IMG/VR virus record: IMGVR_UViG_3300036783_000146
Coordinates: 1 to 35,656 of that record
DNA length: 35,656 nucleotides
Strand: one strand, 5' to 3'
From: a virus
Taxonomy: Duplodnaviria > Caudoviricetes
Shown: positions 34,902 to 35,656 of the stretch, piece after piece
Layout of the letters: every line of letters starts with the position of its first letter
Numbering within the stretch: position 1 is the stretch's first letter
Position numbers and translations under genes: made by a program
The notes under the pieces: generated by a model
What the model saw: only the letters and a program-made list of their open reading frames with translations
Databases searched by the model: none
What the model was told of the DNA's origin: nothing

Positions 34902-34907
34902 GTATCC

Positions 34908-35656
34908 TTAAAATTCAGGCTGTACCAACGTAAGGGCAACGGATTGCGCTTTCAGCTCAGCCTGAACGGGAAGAGGCAAACTCACATCAGTAATAATGTC
35001 AGTGAAGCGACTCAACGGAGCAACGTTGAACAGCGAGTGGGCACCATATTTGCTGCTGTCGGCCAGTAAGATCTTGCGCTGGGCGTTGGCAATAATCTCC
35101 TGTTTCAGCCCTGCCTTTTCTTCAGTCGGAGTCGTCACGCCCTTTTCCACGCTCCAGCTGTTACAGCTCATAAAAGCAATATCGGGATAGACGCTACGTA
35201 ACATCTTGCGACCAAACTCGCCGATGCAGGACTGGCTACTGTCATCAATGCGGCCACCCACTATGGTCACTTCTATCTGGCGGAACTCGGATAAAAACAG
35301 AGCAATATGCAGATCGACAGTGATCACCCTGAGCGGAAGATGGGTCAGGCATTTTGCCAGCTCCAGCATGGTGGTGCCGGCGTCCAGTACCACCGCGTCA
35401 CCTGCCTGCACCATCGAGGCGGCAAAACGTGCAATCGCCCGCTTTTCCGCAGGTGATCGTAACTGCTTTTCATTGGTTGTAGGCTGAAAAGGCTCAAAGC
35501 GCCGCAAGGCAACACCGCCGTGGCTACGGCTGATCACGCCCTGCTCATCCAGCTTGATCAGATCGCGTCGTATCGTCGCAGGTGATGCTTCTACCGCATC
35601 CACTAGCTGTTCCACGGTCACCAGCGTATGATTTTTCAAATACGCCACTATCTTAT
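34908..35656 (-). CDS. DeoR/GlpR-family transcriptional regulator (host; 5' end outside window)
   Basis: [11 protein letters not shown]...G...[28 protein letters not shown]. Frame stays open to the window edge. Confidence 0.93.
   Translation of the reverse strand, partial: KIVAYLKNHTLVTVEQLVDAVEASPATIRRDLIKLDEQGVISRSHGGVALRRFEPFQPTTNEKQLRSPAEKRAIARFAASMVQAGDAVVLDAGTTMLELAKCLTHLPLRVITVDLHIALFLSEFRQIEVTIVGGRIDDSSQSCIGEFGRKMLRSVYPDIAFMSCNSWSVEKGVTTPTEEKAGLKQEIIANAQRKILLADSSKYGAHSLFNVAPLSRFTDIITDVSLPLPVQAELKAQSVALTLVQPEF

Noticed and set aside
34800-35069. 89-aa ORF crossing the right junction
   Set aside because: Spans attR repeats and the antisense of the host DeoR gene. Chance ORF.

Overview
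The window holds an apparently complete ~34.1 kb Mu-like (transposable) prophage, 780-34901, with TG...CA ends. It is inserted between the convergent host genes speD (5'-truncated by the window) and a DeoR-family regulator (also truncated) in an enterobacterial chromosome. Gene order is: repressor / ner, MuA, MuB, early accessory genes (DUF3164-like, HD hydrolase, GemA, Mor), lysis cassette (amidase, holin, embedded spanins), terS, an accessory insert, terL, portal, gpF, gpG, protease/scaffold, capsid, then a non-contractile (siphophage, D3112/B3-style) tail module ending in an SGNH-esterase tail spike. No sheath, gin invertase or mom gene was recognised. Most notable: (1) between terS and terL, an antisense two-gene moron (46-aa acidic peptide plus a 2-TM SLATT-like protein) faces a late-operon 107-aa protein whose last 26 residues resemble the C-terminus of this phage's own tape-measure protein, a candidate defence/self-immunity (decoy) system; (2) a second, diverged tail-tube paralogue with a YNG-repeat tail just before a myophage-type fibre; (3) an apparent 4-bp target duplication; (4) two matching late promoters, one apparently leaderless; (5) a candidate gyrase-site region at the genome midpoint; (6) an 8x39-bp coding VNTR. 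All family assignments are from motif recognition by eye, not database searches.
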